Positions 24,717 through 38,434 are shown, counted from the first letter of the stretch. The stretch is DNA of 64,000 nt from Ramazzottius varieornatus (GCA_001949185.1 BDGG01000003.1:1033530-1097529), one strand, 5' to 3'. Notes: a model not told the origin generated them from the sequence alone. Numbers and translations are program-made.

Positions 24717-27700
24717 ATGCAGCTGATATTATGGTTGATTAACTATTTGCTGCTTGTATACTGCCAATTTTTATCGTTGGTTTCTTCGAGGATCGCTGGC
24801 AAGGAATATCTGAACGAATGGCTAGTGGAGGTCCCTGGTGGACTGGAGCAGGCTCGTCATGTGGCTAAGGATAACGGATATGAGCTCGTGAAAGAGGTAA
24901 GTCATGCAGTTCCAACTCACCGAAGTCTTGAGTGTGACAATCAAATATTAATATTTTGCAGCTGGCTTCCTTGCCCAAAGTATTTGTCTTTCGCCGGAAC
25001 GTTCCCCGGAGTCGGATCACACGGGATGTATCCCTCATTGCCAGACTGTTTTGGGATGACAGAATTGCTTGGGTCGAACAACAAGCCGCCTATGTTCGAG
25101 AGAAACGCGATTTCATCGATGTGAGGAGAGAGTTACCAGATGATGCTTTCTTTAAAACTGATCTCAGCGCACCACGCCCTCGCGCCGCATCTTCTTTGCC
25201 CGGGCTTCTTAACCAAAACCCCAATATCCGTGTCTTTCTGGAGGGACAGGACGAAAGTCTCAGCACAGATGAGAACACCTTTTTTAATGACCCACTGTGG
25301 ATCACCCAGTGGTACTTGGTAAGTTTTAAAAGAGATGTTATTCCAGCGGCAATGTCCCGAATTATCATAGGAAAATGGTAATTTCAACCCAACCACGCGA
25401 AATGGTACAACCTTGTTTTACGGACCGTTCTTATTTTTGAACTAGGACGTAAACAAATGAACTGAACCGCATCGTTTTCCCGAGTGGCGCACGCGTCCAG
25501 CCATAGTTATGAATATGTGCGCGACTCAAGATAACGATCTGGATAAACTCATTTGCCCACGTATGTCCCAGTTGAATATGCGGATATGTATACTCTGTGT
25601 CATCATCGAGGATTTTCTGATTGTCACAGTTGGATTCATCAAACTCGCCGGGTGTGAGGACGATGCGAGCCATCGATTCAAGGACATCTGTCAGTCTCAA
25701 CGTCTTTCCCGCTTGGAGAGCCGGCTACACAGGAAAGAACGTCGTCGTGACTATTTTGGACGACGGTAAGTACGACTTGATCGTTTTCCGGCTTGTTCTT
25801 AGCGCACATGGTACACGGAAGGAAGTGTTGCGGTTGAAGTACTTCCATTACGAAACCAGATGTTTCACATGGTTGACCATGAAATTAATTTAAAAACACA
25901 TGTCTTTATACCTTTATCAATGTCGTCTTTCGCTGCAGGTCTTGAGACTACACACAGCGATCTCGAGCACAATTATGTAAGTGTCTCTACAATCCCATTA
26001 ATATGCCACTCATTGAATACACGAGAAAAATTGTTGGAAGTTGGCAGAAGTCGAGACACTAAATTCGAAACCTTAAATTACATAATCGGAAACATGAGTC
26101 GACAAACCGTTCTTCGAGGTGGCAGCACAGGAAAGCATTCAAGTATCATAGAACATCCAGGTACTATCCAGTTCTGTTACTCGCCCAGTACAACGGTGCG
26201 CCTTCGACTCTTGTGAAACATCAATGAACTATTAATGAAGGGCTCTCGGAGATTGGACTTCGACAAACGATGATACAGTTAGAGCTTTTCGATAGAGGGT
26301 TTGACCTCGGCAAACTCGTCAGACAAAGTGTTCTTTTATTGTTCTTCCAGGATGCAGAGGCCAGCACAAACATTAACGGAGGCAACCGCGACCCTACTCC
26401 CCGGTACGATAACCCTGATGATACCCATCATGGGACCAGGTGTGCAGGGGTAGTGGCTATGCAAGCCAATAATCGCGTCTGCGGCGTGGGTATCGCCTAT
26501 AACTCGCGCATCGGCGGAGTACGCATGCTGGACGGAACAGTGACGGACCGCGTCGAAGCAGAGGCCTTCTCCTTCAACAACAACTACATCAACATTTACA
26601 GTTCCTCCTGGGGACCAAGTGACAACGGCAAGACCGTCGAGAAGCCTGGGCGCATGGCGGCAAAAGCCATGGAGAAGGGTGTCACTGAAGGCCGAAACGG
26701 GCGTGGCGTCATCTATGTCTGGGCTTCCGGAAACGGTAGGCCTTCTCAGAAAAAACTTTACAGCTTTTTTGAACCTTCGGTCCTCGTTTAGGAGGCATCA
26801 ATGGAGATTCGTGTGCGTACGATGGTTATGCTTCTAACATATTCACGTTGAGCGTTGGAAGTACCACCGAAAGTGGCCGAGTGCCCATCTACGCCGAACG
26901 GTGTTCTTCGACGATGGCGGTGACCTACTCCAGCGGCGCTTGGGACGAAGGAAAAGTGGTCAGTGTTTACTTCCCTCTCTTTTAACCTGGGACTTTCTTG
27001 GGCGCTGTCTCGAATTTATCCGTTCTTTATAGATTAGTACGGACCTGAATAACACCTGCACCAACTCGCATACCGGTACTTCAGCTTCTGCTCCTCTGGC
27101 TGCTGGAATCATCGCCCTGGTCCTTGAAGCAAAGTAAAGGCCCTTTTCTCCGTTTTCTGGGTGTAATTTATCCTGAGCGCCGAATCACTCAATGGTGTGC
27201 CTTTTATAGCCCTAATTTGACGTGGAGAGATGTGAAGCACTTGGTGGCCTGGACCAGCGACCCATTCTCACTGCTGCACACCGTGGGGTGGTACGTGAAT
27301 GGTCTGGGCATGCTGGTTCATCCCTACTTTGGCTTTGGCTTGATGGACACTGAAAGACTGGTCAGAGCGGCGACTGTCTGGCAGACGGTTCCCCCCAAAA
27401 ATAAATGCATCGTCCAGAAAGCGGGAATCGAAGGCCGGTAAGTTTCTGTCGCTTTGAACTCTCCTCGCTCAAAACGCAAGCTTATCACCATCAATTTTTC
27501 GTTTTTAGAGTATTCACTCATGACGATCCACTGGTCATTTCTGTCAACACACGCGGTTGTCAGGGGACAGCCAGCGAAGTGAAGTTTCTCGAACAGGTTG
27601 AAGTCATTTTGACACTGTCACATCCGCGAAGAGGCGCTGTGCGAATTTTCCTCTACAGTCCTGCACGTAAGGTTCAATATTGTCCCAAATTTACCTCCAC

Positions 27701-28078
27701 TACTCTTGCACGGGTTCTTGTTCAACAGGTACGCAGACGTTGTTGGCGCCGTTACGAACGGCGGATCTTTCAGCTCGCGGCTTCGTTGATTGGCCCTTCA
27801 TCTCTGTGCACAACTGGGGCGAGAACCCTTTCGGCGTCTGGAACGTTACTATCGAAAGCCACGTAAGAGCCCGCATAATCACTTGATCTTCTCACTGTAC
27901 AGTCAACAAAAGACATAACGCCATGCTTCCGGTATTTCAGGCTAACAGCTCCGCAGTATTTGGTTCCATAACGGAACTTCGTCTAGTTTTTCACGGAACT
28001 TTGATCGAGCCCACCTCGACAAAGATACTGCGCGAGTGGCGCAGAAGGCAGACCATTGAAGCCTTAGGTACCACGTAG
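24717..28078 (+). CDS. Proprotein convertase (subtilisin/kexin; PC1/3-like, soluble), ~11 exons
   Basis: Signal peptide; prodomain ending REKR; catalytic DDG, HGTRCAG, WASGNG (oxyanion Asn), GTSASAP; P domain FLEQVEV...RRGA...WGENPFGVW; no Cys-rich or TM region. Confidence 0.93.
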
Positions 28079-28229
28079 CCTAACTACAACTCAACATCAA
28101 TTTTTTCACTTGCACCCTAGCAGCTTAGAATCTCTTGCTGTGCAGCTCAACGTCAGTAATTTATACGCACACCAGCTCTCCACCTCTCCGCACGCTCTGC
28201 AGTTAAAATAAAATATTCTGAAATTACGT

Positions 28230-29029
28230 TCACATCTTGTTGGTTCTTCCAATAATTCCGCACGACATACGGCCATCAAAATAGCCGGTCGCTATGCTAT
28301 CGGCAGTTGCAGCGAGACCCAGATCGTCAGTCCTTGCGTGGAGAACCAGACTTCCGGTAACTGACCACGGTATGACGAGCGGCAAATCACCAAATTTGAA
28401 GTTAAGCCACTCTCGATCCTGCTAAACAATCCTGCAGGAACACCATAGCCGGCTTGGTGATGGTCGGCTAAAGAAGGAGTCGAGAGCATGTGGTGCTAAT
28501 GGACTCATATTTTAATGTCCGACATGATATTGGCAAGGTCGCCAGCATGGCGTTTAGGGTTCGACGCATTGATCGCAATGCGCCAGGTTTTGAGGATTAT
28601 AGTGCAACCGGCTACTGTTACAGCCATCGGTCAGGTTACCGACTTGGTAAACATGGTCGCCAAAATTTCCCCGAAAATGCCAACAGCTGTAACTTCTGTG
28701 GGGAGCCACCCAAAACTTGCTGCGCGTGCCATGCATGTGGTTATCAGTTTCAGTGAGTTTTCGCCAGAGATCTGTCCCTTCAGGGTTGTTGGTTGGCCGA
28801 CACTTTGCTGACCAAACATGATCATCCCAACTCCAGCGGTTTGCTCAGAGTTGAAGGCGCCTCTTGGAACCGGCCATGCTATTGCGGAATAAGGGCCCAC
28901 TGTACCACAAGCGATGGCTGCAACACCGTCTGACGGGTTTGGGACGCTTGAATAATCATCGGCAGCACAGCTGGTCGAGCTAAAGCAGTTCAAGAAGCGA
29001 TCAAGATACAACCTGCATTTTGGACCCAT
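28230..29029 (-). pseudogene. Decayed paralogue of the secreted Cu/Zn SOD
   Basis: ACGTVGPY..RG; DHVYQVGNLTDGC; HYNP; frameshift before KRHAGDLANI; SVTGSLVLHARTDDLG; GRMSCGIIG; disrupted signal peptide. Confidence 0.75.
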
Positions 29030-29444
29030 AAAACTGTACGAAAAGTGAAAATTATGGGGCCGAAGCGAAGGGCTTCGAGGCTGTGCCAAAGCGTTTCATA
29101 CGTGGCCACGACACATTTTTTCAAGTGCGCTTGCGTAGTCAACAGCCAGCAGAGTAATAAGTAATTGATGAGCTACCGAGTCAGTTTCGGCTGGCGCGGC
29201 AGCTAATTTTCCCGATGGAAAGATTCGATGGCCGGCCCGGTCAAGTCTACTTATCTTGTGTTTGTGATTATGGCGTTTTTACAAATGATGTTCGGGACTA
29301 CAGTAAATGACTTTTAGGAGAGAAGAACAAATCAAGCATTTGAGAACACTAAGAAATCCGATCTTGTATCAGAAAAGAGTATATTGTATAATAGCGATAG
29401 AAAAATCAAGCGGTAAGCTTAACGTGACAAAAGAATTCATTCGC

Positions 29445-30391
29445 TTATGTCGGTCTCAACTGTCCAATAATGCCGCAAGCCGAACGACCGTTAGCAGAAC
29501 CGGATGCCAAACTCTCGGCAGTTCCACCGAGACCCAGATCGTCCATCAACCGATGCACGATTATAGTGCGACCAATAACCGACTCGGGTCCGATGAGCGC
29601 CAGCAAGTCTGATTGCTTATTGATGTTCGCCACTCCGTTGGCTGCAAAGCGGTGAAACATCATCAAGCTGCTTTCTTTCAGACAATACGACATATTTAAT
29701 GTACTGAACGATCAAAGAAAAATTTCAGCAAAACTTTTCAGCAAAAATTTTTCATACCATCACTCTGAACGTTGCCTAAATCTCCATTGTGGCGGTTGGG
29801 ATTGGTCAAGTCTCCATGAGTCTTCATGCGAGGGTTGTAATGCTCGAGGGCGCTGTCGCATCCGTTCGACAAGTCTCCGAGCTGGTGGACGTGGAACCCA
29901 AGCATCACTGTACAAAACACCCGAAAAACAACGCTTGTAAAAGGACAAAGAGGTGCGCGTCACAAATCAAGGTAGTCGACAGGGGACGCCACCGTCCGTT
30001 AAAAATTGGGAGGTCGGCAAAACAATCTACGGGCAATCGCTGTCTCAAGTGGCGCACTTTTTCCGTCAACAATATAGAATCCTACTTCACTTGAGGCTCG
30101 CATTCCGAAATTTTTGCCAGCCTCGTTGTTTTACCAACCGTTAGGAGTTAGACCAGTAATTTGTCCGGTGATCGTTGTGGGTTGTCCGGCAGCGGCTTGC
30201 ATGAAGGTGATGTTACCCAGGACAGCCTCTCCAGAGTTGATGGCGCCTCGCGGTGCCATCAAGGCACGGGCCATGTACGGACCGGAGGTCCCGCAGCTGT
30301 TGATGGAGGTTCCATTTGGAGCCGTGTAGTAGGTACCTTGAGCCAGGATACTGGCTGCGCTCAGCAAGAGGATCGCTAGGGAGCAATACAT
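29445..30391 (-). CDS. Secreted Cu/Zn superoxide dismutase, 3 exons
   Basis: Signal peptide; [53 protein letters not shown]; all metal ligands, the disulfide and the catalytic Arg are present. Confidence 0.95.
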
Positions 30392-32003
30392 TTTTGAACG
30401 CGATAGGAATGAAAACTGTCTGTCCGTTTTCGCCAGTGCTGATATCGTCCGACGCTTTACTTTATACTCTCGTGGTACGGTTGAAGTTTTTCCTGTCGAT
30501 AGCTTGCGGCCACTACTCTCAGTTTAGGTATTTCCCCAAAAGTCGAGACGTCGAGTTTGCCCCACAGTCAGAATCTTCTGTGGACCCGATCGCCGAAAAT
30601 TCTCGAAATCTAAACTTTCTGCACAGTTTTCGACGAAGAACCCAATGCAATTCGACACTCCACTGCCCGTTTGTATACACAGTCCGCATCCTGTATTTAA
30701 CGAGCCAGCGTTGCCGGTACAACGTATTTTGCGGATGGTCGCGCAAATACAGTTATCAGACGTAGTCCGAATTCTGTATTTTCCGGGCCACAGTAGTCCG
30801 AAATGTGCCTGAGTTCTTCGTATATTCAGGCCGACTGATACATATGCCTATCTGAGTATGATAGTCCGGGCAAAGGGGTACATAAGAACGAAGATTATGT
30901 GATAAAAGACTGTCAGTTAGGAAATACTGTCTCCCGTAAGTCTCTCATAATTGAATGGCCACCTTATACCTCCATTCAAAAATTCATAACTTCCTTCGTT
31001 GTGAACCGATTTTGACATCCTAATGATGCATGAGAAGACTGACGTTTTATCCTCACGACCGCGGGGCTTTTGTGCGAACTCATCAACGAATCGATTTGCC
31101 AGCCCAGCCAGATCTCTGATTCGCCAGACAAAAGCTGAATTTAAGATGACATGTTTTGCCTGGATTGAAAGCTCCTTTTCGGCCAATTTACGCCTGTTTT
31201 CGATCAAAAGCCTGCCAAAATCAGATAAAAAGCTGATTGTTGTAGTTAATATTACGTTCTTACTGCAGGCTTGTGGACACAACACTCAGTCCATACTTTG
31301 GACCTGCGTCAGTTACAAATCAATATGTAGTATCGTGCGAGTTGATGGCCATCACAAGAATCACAAGAATAATCCGTTGCCGACGGATCCTTACTCGGCG
31401 AAATGCTGACGGTACATACATGCTGTATCTGAAGCTGCGTAATTTGATTTATCACCTGCATGCGATAATCCAAGACTTTAGTTCGTAAACCTCCAACCAA
31501 ATCTCCGATCGGTTATGATTCATGGGCTCATGACTATCACACACGGTAAATGATTAAACGTAGACCTTACTTGATAAAATCTCCAAACCCCTTTAGACGG
31601 TCACGAATTTCGGAAACCTATGGAAGGTCTCTGTCTGCTTCCGACAGTAGCTGGTGGTAATTCTTGGAGCGACTACGAAAACGGTAATTCACAGTGTAAC
31701 GATACTTAGGCTTGGCGCAGGCAATTTAATTTACTGTAAGTAGGACAATCTCGGGCAAAAGGCAATCTTCACCACAATTGACCGAATTTTACCCAAAATC
31801 AAAGGAAATGCCCATAACCGTCCGAAGTTACCCGAAGTTTTGTTGCAATGACCCGACATTCTGAAACACTTTCTGAGATTCGTCGATGTTATCTAAGCCA
31901 TTCTCGGATCCTCTTGTTAGTTTTCTTTTGCGTTCTCGGTGAAGGTTGACAGTTTTCGGCAGCTGTGTTGCAAAACTAACAAAAGCACTTCAGTATGGCC
32001 AGA

Positions 32004-32267
32004 GTATAACCTCTAGTGTATTCACTGCAGTGCTGGCCTCTGTACAGGCTCGTTGATACACTGGACAAGTCCAATCCCACAATCAAGCGTAGAAAGGCAA
32101 GACAGGGCGGACTTTTCCTCTTGATCGTGAGTTAGCCCTTGATTGACTAGGGCCGACTTTTGTAACTTCAGTTCCGCCGTTGATTTTGGACATCATTGAT
32201 TGACTGGGGAAATGTGTATCAACGCGCACTCTCAATGCAGTGAATACACTACTGTAGAGGCAATATC
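32004..32267. mobile_element. Foldback MITE-like element
   Basis: Inverted arms tagtgtattcactgca (32014-32029 / 32236-32251) and cgttgatacac / gtgtatcaacg. Confidence 0.5.
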
Positions 32268-32659
32268 GTTTCACTCTGGTATGGCTCGGACGACGTGCGC
32301 ACCAAACACAATGCGTCCTTTGGCTCAGTCCACCTCTTCAAAGATGTTCGGTACTCGGGGAAAAGGAGGCGACGACAGAAGAGCTCTCGCAAAATGCAGT
32401 ACGATAAGTTGGGTCCCCAAAGTAGCGCTGTTGGCGCCCTCTACACAAAGCGCTGTGTAAAACCAAGTGTCATCGATCACCACGATCAGCTGATTTCGAC
32501 GGTTGTTTCACGCAGATCCTATCCATCCGAGTAGGTCGAGCTCAAGATTTCTGTTAAGGTTTGTACCAAATTTGGTACATCGCTTTCCCTCATTTCGCTC
32601 AGAGATACTGGGAATCTGGATAACTGGAGGACCCTACGGCCGTAATCTTCATGTTAGTC

Positions 32660-33622
32660 ATGGACAACCAGACGCTGGTGAGAAGTGCACCTACTGGCGG
32701 TGACGGCGACAACTCTACATCGCACTCGGGTACATAGACATATCGACAGTCGTCTATTTTAACTTATTCGGGGTATTCGGTTATCATCCTGTATGATTTG
32801 TAGTGCAGGTTAGCCTAGTGGGAGAAACCCGAACATTTGAGAATGTGGATCAGCAGAGCAGCGTAGTGGACAGGATGGACTTGATTGGGCTTGCACGACA
32901 GATCCAAACAGCTGACAAGTTCACTCAAGCCGTCGTCGTCAACAAACTTAGTTTCATCGTTGATCAAATTCGATACCTTCAAGAACAAGCGCGGAAAGTA
33001 CTAGAAGAAGCCCAGACAGCGAGCGATCTGCACCATGTACCATGCAACTTCAAAAGAAGACCAGGGAACATCTATCACCTATATGAGAGACCGGAAGTGG
33101 GCCGAACTAATTCCAGACTATTCTCGATGTTATCACCACAGGTATTCGTGCATGTATCATGCGGAAAACTGGGCGCTCGGCTTTTGCAAGCAAACTTGAC
33201 AAGATTGTGCTCTCAAGAGGCGGACGCTTTCAGCCGATAACACTGTGAACATGCGCCACGCGGAAAAATAATCTTGTCGAGTTCTCGAGTGGCGCACGTT
33301 TTGAGCCATATTGACTGGTTTTGAGCACCACTTGGCTAAATGATCTCATCAAGTGTGTATTTTCTAACTGCACACGATCCAATATGTAGGGCTTTATTCA
33401 TCACAGGAATGGGGATCAAAATGTCCTTACCAGCATCTGGGTTCGTACAAACTTCAGCATGACATGTCTTGGACACCGCTGGATCAGTTATCTACCAAAG
33501 AGCAGGATCTGCACCTAATACAGCGGATGGTACAGCAGCATACAAATACCCAACAAAAACCCTATGATCCCTTTGCCTTCTCGATCACAGATGTTTCCCA
33601 CCACACCGACTCGCTGTCTTGA
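32660..33622 (+). CDS. C1orf50 / DUF2452 family protein, 3 exons
   Basis: DLIGLARQIQTAD, NKLSFIVDQIRYLQEQA, LHHVPCNFKRRPGNIYHLYER, FSMLSPQ|EWG, HLGSYKLQHDMSWTP; alternative in-frame ATG at 32651. Confidence 0.88.
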
Positions 33623-34168
33623 ACCCTAAGAGAATTTCTCGAAATTAGTATCGTGCTCGTCAGCTCATGTGAAACTCCTTTCTGATCGCTAACCGGAAAC
33701 TTTGTCGACTATACTTTCGGATAATAAAATTTCGGTTAACCGCTGATTATTCAGTTTTCCATAGCGGGTTATTTCCACTGCGAAATGATTGATTGGTCGC
33801 AGATTGCGAGTGACAGTTTACTCTTATCGAAAGGATGTTTAAAGTGAGTTTGATCATCGAAAAACAAGCACAGGGAGCGTCTGCAGCGGCTAGAGTACGC
33901 TGGATGATTTAAATGTCCGTCAAGCATTATGAACACACGCGAGTTCGGACAAGACATATCACAAACTTGTACGGTGACAGACTCGTCGCAAGTAATTAAA
34001 ACTAATAACAGTACTTTTGGCGAGGTCCGACCTCGACAAAATATCGAAGTGTGCGTACAACTGCAGAACATGACTAACTGTCGAGCGACCATGGGCTTGC
34101 GATTGTTGCTCCAGTTTACACTAATAGTATGATTGACTGACGTCCAAACGGTCTTCGACCTGAAACAC

Positions 34169-34297
34169 AAGGACGAAAAGTTTAAACCGTGTATTTACGG
34201 TACTCAGGAAATTCGATATAAACTAAACTATCAGAAGGACGAACAGTTTTAACCGTGTATTTACGGTACTCAAGAAATTCGATATAAACTAAACTAT
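34169..34297. repeat. Tandem duplication of ~65 bp upstream of the LBD-only gene
   Basis: aaggacgaa.agttt.aaccgtgtatttacggtactca.gaaattcgatataaactaaactat occurs twice. Confidence 0.85.
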
Positions 34298-34384
34298 TTA
34301 CTGTTAACTCGCGTTCCGACTTTCGCTTCGAATTCGGTATCTGGAGGATATTCATTGCTCGGCGAGTTACTGCGAATATTTACA

Positions 34385-35383
34385 ATGGGGTTCATCACAA
34401 AGATGACTCTTGCCATGGTTGTGCTGTCGTTGTTTCAAAAAGAGACCAAAGGCCAATCGGCGTCCACGGCCACCCTGACCAGGAATTTGCTTGCGCTCAG
34501 CGACCCGGAAGTGCGCCCGAATGCAGACCGTACCGGACCCGAAATCACCGTGAATCTATTCGTAACTGGAGCAGAGAAGGTGGTAAGAACTGCTAACCGA
34601 AATTTTGTATCCTTCTGTCCTAGACTCCGCTGAAAGTCCGTTTTGTGTAGGCAGGTCGACCCAACGTTGTGACCGTCGGATTTTGGGTACAAATGTTGTG
34701 GATCGACCCCAGACTTTCATGGGATCCTGCTCAGTACAACAACATCACGACAGTCTACCTTCCTGCTAGGAAGCTTTGGCTGCCGAACTTCGCTGTATGG
34801 CACAGGTATACCGTGTATCATCAATTTTCACAATACTTCTTTCCACTCTGACCCGCGTAAGATTGACATAGCCTTTCCTTATAGTGCCAACCCTCTGGAA
34901 CCATTTTTCTCGGAGGAGCAACGCATCGCAGTAGTGACGTCGAACGGCGCAGTAGCCTGGTCTCCAAAGGGCGTCATCACGGTGTACGCTGACCAAGTGA
35001 CACCGGGGAATTATACCAGCGGTGCCACCTACCAAACACAGAGTATAATAGGTAAGGTCGCTCACGCAGCTCGCCATCCCTTCGTCATCACTTTTCATGG
35101 CGTGATCTTTCGAATTTTGTAGGAGACTGGGACCTTCAGGATGTAGAAATCAGCGTGAAGGCCGTTGGTACCACAGTTGGTACGCGAATGAATTGGTCAG
35201 CAAGTCGGGTAAAACTCTGTAGGGTGTTTTTATTTGCTTTCAGACCTGTCGCAGCAAAAGAACAGCGGCCTGCAAGTTACAGGTACCTCGCTACGAAGCG
35301 TCATCCAGAGCTTTGAAGGCTTTGGCCGCTATCCACTCCTGGAAGTCATCTTGAACTTGCAAGAGCAAACGCGTTCAGCATAG
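34385..35383 (+). CDS. Soluble pentameric ligand-gated ion channel ectodomain-only protein (AChBP-like), 238 aa, no cysteines
   Basis: Exons 34385-34582, 34651-34805, 34885-35051, 35123-35179 and 35244-35383 join in frame; signal peptide; DPEVRP, WIDPRLSWDP..Y, LWLPNF, V.SNG.V.W.P, GDW; stop before any TM. Confidence 0.85.
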
Positions 35384-35391
35384 TACTTGTA

Positions 35392-35544
35392 CTGTAGTGC
35401 TACCAAATTATCGCGCACTCAACCACGTGAACAGTAAATGATGCCCGGGTGAGAGTCAGGAGGCTAAACCGATAACATCTGATCGCGCTGGGCAGCGATG
35501 ACTCATCACATGGTTCAGTGCGCGATAATTTCGTAGCACTACAT
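35392..35544. mobile_element. TA-flanked MITE (TIR ctgtagtgctac.aaattatcgcgcact.aacca.gtga)
   Basis: ~38-bp TIRs; inverted copy at ~38435-38587; partial copy at ~41190-41250. Confidence 0.75.
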
Positions 35545-36254
35545 TACTTATTTATCGTTTTTGAAAGCGAAACGACTGTAGTGCCATCCTCAACCTTTCG
35601 CTACTATTTATATTCCGATAACACAAATGCTTTAAATATTCGATGCTATCGCGCAGTACGTACACGTACGTAACGATGCACCCCCGTAGGGCGTTGCGCA
35701 AACTTCCATCCTCTGCAGGCAGAGGGTGGAAGTTGACTGGTCAAGCCTCTCTCACACTTTCTCGTACAGTAAACAAACTTTGAAGCGTCACTCTGAACAG
35801 TCGACCCTATCACAATAAAAACTCAACACTTAAAAGACCACGCAATTCCGAGCTCTGGGAGTACAAGGGGGGGGGGGGGGTACATCACCTTCCCCAATTT
35901 TTAACTGGCTGAAATCGTAGGGTGGGGTCAGAGCGGGCCAGTCACCACATGTACGTTTCGCCTTTCGAGTAAAATGCGCCACTAAGTGAACCAAAGTGCC
36001 AGACCTTTTTATTTTTTCTCTGACCACTGGTCACACAGCATGGACCATACTGAAGCTTCTAAGACGGTACCGATGTACTAGCTCTGTGTTCAATTTTTAA
36101 GGAGGCTTTCCTTCAGCCAGCTCTTGAGTAAGAATTTGGTCTGTCAACTTAAGACACAATCTGGTCAAGAACGAAATAGTCTCTCGAAATTTTCAGAAAG
36201 CTGCTAGCCAATTCACGTCTTTTTTAACTGGAAGCGACAAAGTTCCGAAAGCAA

Positions 36255-36690
36255 ACGTGAAAATTTGAGACGAAAAGGTTCAACAGTAGCCATTCCGCAA
36301 GGCTTTTGGGATGCGCCAGGCAACTGGGGTACCCCCTTGGTCTTTTTAGTGTTAACCAAAGATAGACGAACGATAAAAAAGTTATCAAACACACTTTGTC
36401 GAGCAAAGACAGTTGTGTCCACAAAATGTTGGCTTTGGAGACCGCGACCGTCTGCGGTTTTTGACAAATCGGTCTCCAAAGTGAGTTGCTCCGCCATGTT
36501 TTAGAATTGCTTGATGAGCATTGCAGGTCGCCGTTTGAAAAAACTAACACGAAAACCAGGTTGTTATCTTCAAATTTAATACTCGTTGGCTCTTGACCGA
36601 ACGCATGAGTCGAGATAGAACGCTGCAAAACCGAAATCGTCCTTGTGGGTTCACAACACCACTTCTTCGTCTTTGTGTGTTGCACGCGAA
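36255..36690 (-). repeat. Dispersed repeat related to 4090-4436 and 38125-38220
   Basis: Near-identical aaatttgagacgaaaaggttcaacagta..cattccgcaaggcttttg...ggggtacccccttgg block at 36261 and 38126. Confidence 0.7.
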
Positions 36691-38434
36691 CCAGTACAAA
36701 AGGAGTCGTCACGCTTGGCTTTCTAACACCGCTTATGCAGAAAGCAGACGTCACAGCGTGACACAGCTTATCGCGCAAGCACGTCCTGGGACGGCCAAAC
36801 TTTCGAGATAGGCAGCTCCGAGGCTGCTTATCTTTAAAGTTTGATTCGCTTATCCACTCCATCCGAAAAAAAAGACACACGGTCGCCGAATTTCAGTCGC
36901 GCACGATCAGCTATTTTACCTTGTGACGTCAGCTTTCTCGATAAGCAGTGTTAGAAAGCCAAGAGTGACGATCCCCAATAGGGTAGATGTAGTATGACGA
37001 TTACTGTGAAGATTCGCTGCATCCGCGCAGTACGTATACGTACGCGAGATGCACCCCGTAGGGAGCTGCGCAAGCAGCGCAACCGGACCAGGGTCGGTAT
37101 ACGAAACAACCTCCCCTCATTCCGGAAACGAACTCAGTATCATTAACTAGTTTTACCAAGCGTCGATTTATTAATATATCTTCGGCCTTGACCTCGTCTG
37201 TGTTCGGCGCTCCCCGTTCGGCGTTCGTAGACCTAGTGCAAGTAAGAAATCGAAGTCTTATCCTAACAGATTGCGCCTGCAATATAACAAAACCCTCTCA
37301 TACACATGGTTGCTCCTTGTTGGCGTGAAGATCCTTAGATCAGCAATGACTTCGTCCAGGTTGGGAGGAACCGTGCTTATTACGATATCCGTGATCGAAG
37401 CGAAAACTCTAGCACAATCGAACTCCACAACCTTGCTCGTTGAATACTTGCTGGAGTGAAGTAACCCAAATGTTCGTCCGAATGCGAACACCAGCGGGCC
37501 CAACGTCATCGTCAGTCTAAAGGGCCAAACGTATACACGCCTGCGCCTGCCCTTAACGTGGGCATGGACAAAAGTATGGGCCACGGAGCGCAAGCGGCAG
37601 GGGCCAGCTGCAGCCGACCAATCAATTGAATCAATCGGAGCAATGCGGCTTTCGCTCCGGAGCCCACAATTTTTTCCATGGCTATGTTTAGGGCAGGCGC
37701 GTGTAGCTTTGCGGCAAGACCAAGGAAAAAACGGTGTTCATGGTGTGCCAAAGTGTGAAAACCGAAAGTACATACAGTCCACTCCTTCGAGATCCGTACA
37801 CCCTTCTTCCATTCCTATTTGCCCCCAGACAAACATCAACCGTACAGCTTGCGAAAAACGTCAGAAAAATGACGTCATAGCCTATGGACAACCATTTTTC
37901 CATCGAAAAGCAACTATTTGTTTGTTTGCTACATATGACACGCACCAGCTCTGCGAAAGCAGTTTCGTAAGTCGAACTACCATGCCTTCCTAATCCACTT
38001 GACCGAATGGAGCACTGTCATACTCTCTTGTATTCTTCGACGTTCTGGAAGTTGTTTCTGTTTCGTGAGCACCGAGTCTTTGACCAGTGTACACGGCGGA
38101 TAAGCTTTCGGGGAAGTTTAACTGAAAATTTGAGACGAAAAGGTTCAACAGTAACCCATTCCGCAAGGCTTTTTGGGTGCGCCAGGCAACCGGGGTACCC
38201 CCTTGGCCTTTCAAGTGTTAAGCATAATTTGCAAGAGGGTTCGGAGTTTTGATGAGATTTCTACTTTCGGTTATTTCGGTGAACCACTGCTGTGAAAATT
38301 CGTTGCGTCAGCGCAGTACGTACAATTGCGTGAGGATGCAGTCTCGTAGAGGTTTGAACAGGCAATTAAGCTGGACCGGGGCTGTACTTTACTTGTACGT
38401 TCACGTACTGCGCGGACGCAGAGTCTTTAGAGTT

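Noticed and set aside
37200-37800. Overlapping minus-strand ORFs that could be a decayed gene or transposase
   Set aside because: No diagnostic motif recognised
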